A DNA stretch of 39,467 nt from contig NW_003314484.1 of assembly GCF_000143415.4 (NCBI RefSeq), positions 1 through 39,467 of the forward strand, written 5' to 3'. The notes below the pieces were generated by a model. It did not search any database. It had not been told where the DNA came from and worked only from the letters and a program-made list of their open reading frames with translations. This DNA comes from Selaginella moellendorffii. Lineage: Eukaryota; Plantae; Lycopodiophyta. Below are positions 36,447-39,467 of this stretch, piece by piece (position 1 is the first letter of the stretch; every line of letters starts with the position of its first letter). The position numbers and the translations under genes are program-made.

Positions 36447-38293
36447 CAACTCTTTTAACACTGTACAAGTCAAGCCCAACTGGAATAAATTAGACTTGCC
36501 AAATGTTAATCTCAACACATGATATGATTCCTCTAGCTAACTAAACGTCAAACCCGAAACCCTTTTAATACCAAATGTAAGCTCCTAAATTTAAATTTTT
36601 TGGGAGGTCACCCATTTTAATTTATTCAAACCCAAGAACACTTAACCCCAAGTATTCCAAGACCTCTAACTGATTAAAAAAAAGGTTGCACTTTTATTTA
36701 TAGGCCTTTCCCCTTATATTTGAACCTCATATATCATCTCTCGAATCAATTAGAAACTAACACACGAATCAATTAGAAACTAACTTGAGACCTTCAATCC
36801 CCAAGAAAGCTCATGCAAGTGGTCGTGAGCAAGGATAAACTTGATATTACTAGAATACTCCAAGTCGTGATAAAATAGATGTGCATTGGTGATAAACTGA
36901 AATACAATAGAGAAGTGCTAACCTTCCCCCTTAACTACTCTTACATGGTGGCAACTACCATTTCTTCATGAGTCATGACTGTCAATTACGGAGCTTTACA
37001 CTTTCTTTAGAGAGCTGGTCATTGATGCATTGTGTTTCCACATATACTGTCCTCTAAAAGGACATATCTTTAGAGTTAGGATTTTGCTCTTTGCAATGGA
37101 GTGTCAAGTTTGAGTCCCTGTGGTAACTTTCTTGAGTTTTTTCTTTATTGGTGTGGTAGTGTTGGAGAAGCTTGCTTTGTGTTGGTGTTTGGCATGTTTA
37201 TTGATGAGTCATAAAAGATTCATTAGTCTCTAAGTCTTGTTTTTTGTTAAAGTTCTTCAAGTTGTTATTTTTCTTCATGTTGTTTTCTTAAGCTTGATTT
37301 TTCTTGGATTTTTGAATTTGAGCTTTATGTTTTTTGATTGTGTTAAGTTTTTGAGCTTGAACTTTGTAAATCTTAAATATGAATATGTTGAAATCTTGAG
37401 TTTGAGTTTTCATAGTCTTGATCTCTTGATCTTCATGCCTGTAGTTCTTCTTGATGTTTCGTTCTCGATCTTTAAAAATTGAAAACCTTCATTTCTTTCA
37501 ATGTCATTTTTTATGATGTTTGAGTCGTATGATTAATATTTCTTGAGCTTGTTAAGGTTGACAGTTTGGAGATGCTCGCCATCGAATGTTACAATTGTTG
37601 CCATTCCTGGAGCTTTAAATTTTTGGATGAGGAATGGTCCTTCCCATTTTGAATTCACTCTCAAGCCAATTTTTTCAATATTTCTTAGTAATCCAGAGTA
37701 CTTGATCATTGATCTTGATTCTTCATTTTTCTTTAATCTTCTCTTTTTGTTATGGTTGGTTTTTCTTCAAGCTNNNNNNNNNNNNNNNNNNNNNNNNNNN
37801 NNNNNNNNNNNNNNNNNNNNNNNNNNNNNNNNNNNNNNNNNNNNNNNNNNNNNNNNNNNNNNNNNNNNNNNNNNNNNNNNNNNNNNNNNNNNNNNNNNNN
37901 NNNNNNNNNNNNNNNNNNNNNNNNNNNNNNNNNNNNNNNNNNNNNNNNNNNNNNNNNNNNNNNNNNNNNNNNNNNNNNNNNNNNNNNNNNNNNNNNNNNN
38001 NNNNNNNNNNNNNNNNNNNNNNNNNNNNNNNNNNNNNNNNNNNNNNNNNNNNNNNNNNNNNNNNNNNNNNNNNNNNNNNNNNNNNNNNNNNNNNNNNNNN
38101 NNNNNNNNNNNNNNNNNNNNNNNNNNACAACTGAATATGGTCTTGTCCTTAAGACAAATTATTTATGGTGATTAGAGATGGAGTATCGATTTAGTATTAT
38201 TGTTGTTATGAGGTAGTAGTAGATGTCATTCGTCCATGTTGATGATGTGTGGATGCAAAGTATGTTGGAGTCAGGAAAGTCATCCATGTTGTT

Positions 38294-39467
38294 CTTAAAA
38301 GCTCACCCCTGCAAGTTCTCATTCTCTCTACAAAAATTTGAATAAGTTTTTCTACATTTCCACGGAATACGAGTCATTTTTTAGGGCATCATGAAGAAAA
38401 CACTCATTCTCGATCTGGACAATCCACTGGTATACGCTCATAAGGATCTCGTCTCTTCTGTAGATTTCAGCATGGAATTTGACGATGATGCACCACTCCA
38501 CATCATGAAGAGATTAGGTGTAGATGAATTTCTGGGGAAGGTTTCAAATGTGTACAATATCGTGGTGTTTAGTACAATTTTTTGAATATGGATTTTCTTT
38601 ATATTTTTCTTTATACGTAAAATATCTAAGTATATTGGAAGATATTCTCTAATCAACAACTCACTTGCAGTCAGTGTTTATAAAGTTAATTCTCTTACTT
38701 ATCACTACTAATGTAAAGTATTCATATAAAAAACAACTATGAAGTTTTTTATTTTGCCTCATATCTAGAACTGCAAGTGTATGAAGTAAAATTTGAAAAA
38801 CTATATAAAACTGAGAAACTCTATATTCTGACAAAGCAATGTAAACCTTAAAAATAACTCTAAAATTAACATCATTAAGCCCTCCACACTGTTCCGTTAT
38901 CTACAGGGCACAAAATCCAGCTTTTGGACGTGTTTTAAGATTGATGTTGATGGTTATACACCAAAAACAATGGCTAGCATATTAACATTAATATTCAATA
39001 CTATTCAAATGCCTCAATCTAAGGAAGCACCTTCATTATTTGTTATTCTTCACATTCACGTATGCTAAGAAGTCAGTGGAATTTAACAATTGGTTTGGAA
39101 GAAACAAGAAACCTGGATCAATTCATCTCTCTCTCTCTCTCTCCATTTGACTCTTTCTTTCTATAATTTTGCAGACTCGTCAAAAAGGTACTCGGCATTC
39201 CTGTAGGAAAACGTTTCCCTGTAAAAAGGTCAACCGGTCAAAGGTGCGAATATTCTCTCTACAAAAATCAACAATCCCGCCATTTTCTTCATCGCATCTC
39301 CCGAGAATTGGGATAGCTCTCCAGCTTCCACTCGATCTCTGCCCACTTGAGGTGAGATGCATGGACCCTACAAGAAGCCAGCCGTGGACACCACGCTGTT
39401 GCATCTCCCGTCAATGTGCTGTTTACCAATCCTGTTCCTTGAACCGAACCTGACTACAAGAATGTCG
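38294..39467 (-). repeat. Inverted, internally deleted copy of ~1572-3921 (phosphatase 5' part plus kinase 3' flank); runs off the window
   Basis: 38294-38573 is the reverse complement of ~3612-3921; ~38580-39190 resembles the reverse complement of 2020-2580; 39161-39467 matches 24897-25203. Confidence 0.85.
38391..38573 (+). pseudogene. 5' fragment of the NIF/SCP-like phosphatase
   Basis: MKKTLILDLDNPLV...KRLGVDEFLGKVSNVYNIVVFS, then an abrupt junction into AT-rich flank repeat. Confidence 0.88.

Larger units (their letters stand above)
30537..38292 (+). repeat. Segmental duplication copy 2 (partner 14083-21537)
   Basis: Collinear match starting at GAATGTTGTGG and ending at CATCCATGTTGT. 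Confidence 0.92.

Noticed and set aside
37543-38175. ORFs of 126-210 aa
   Set aside because: Artefacts of reading through N-gaps (likewise 19816-20051 and 21049-21246).

Overview
Eukaryotic plant genomic DNA with four N-gaps. Very short 47-68 nt introns, a PLS-type PPR with MYGKCG motifs and dense Ty3/gypsy debris suggest a lycophyte such as Selaginella (inference). The window is repeat-rich and built by duplication. (1) A six-exon, stand-alone GCN2/eIF2alpha-kinase-like gene occurs as a near-identical inverted pair: a frameshifted copy at 131-1404 (+) and an intact copy at 25371-26643 (-), plus the 3' flank of a third copy at the right edge. (2) Each kinase locus has an intronless DxDxT NIF/FCP1-SCP-type phosphatase nearby: an open copy head-to-head with the intact kinase at 27207-27788, a pseudogene at 3298-3793 and a fragment at 38391-38573. 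(3) A complete 7.6-kb LTR element (5670-13245, minus strand, 1.7-kb LTRs with internal minisatellite, GGAAG TSD, tRNA-iMet PBS, no recognisable pol) is inserted in reverse orientation into an older LTR of its own family. (4) A ~7.5-kb direct segmental duplication of decayed gypsy elements (14083-21537 / 30537-38292) has two copies of a 287-288 bp MITE with 4-bp TSDs in the second copy only. (5) ABCG/PDR and PPR pseudogene fragments are also present. The most intriguing candidate system is the co-duplicated minimal eIF2alpha-type kinase plus phosphatase pair; its functional interpretation is speculative.
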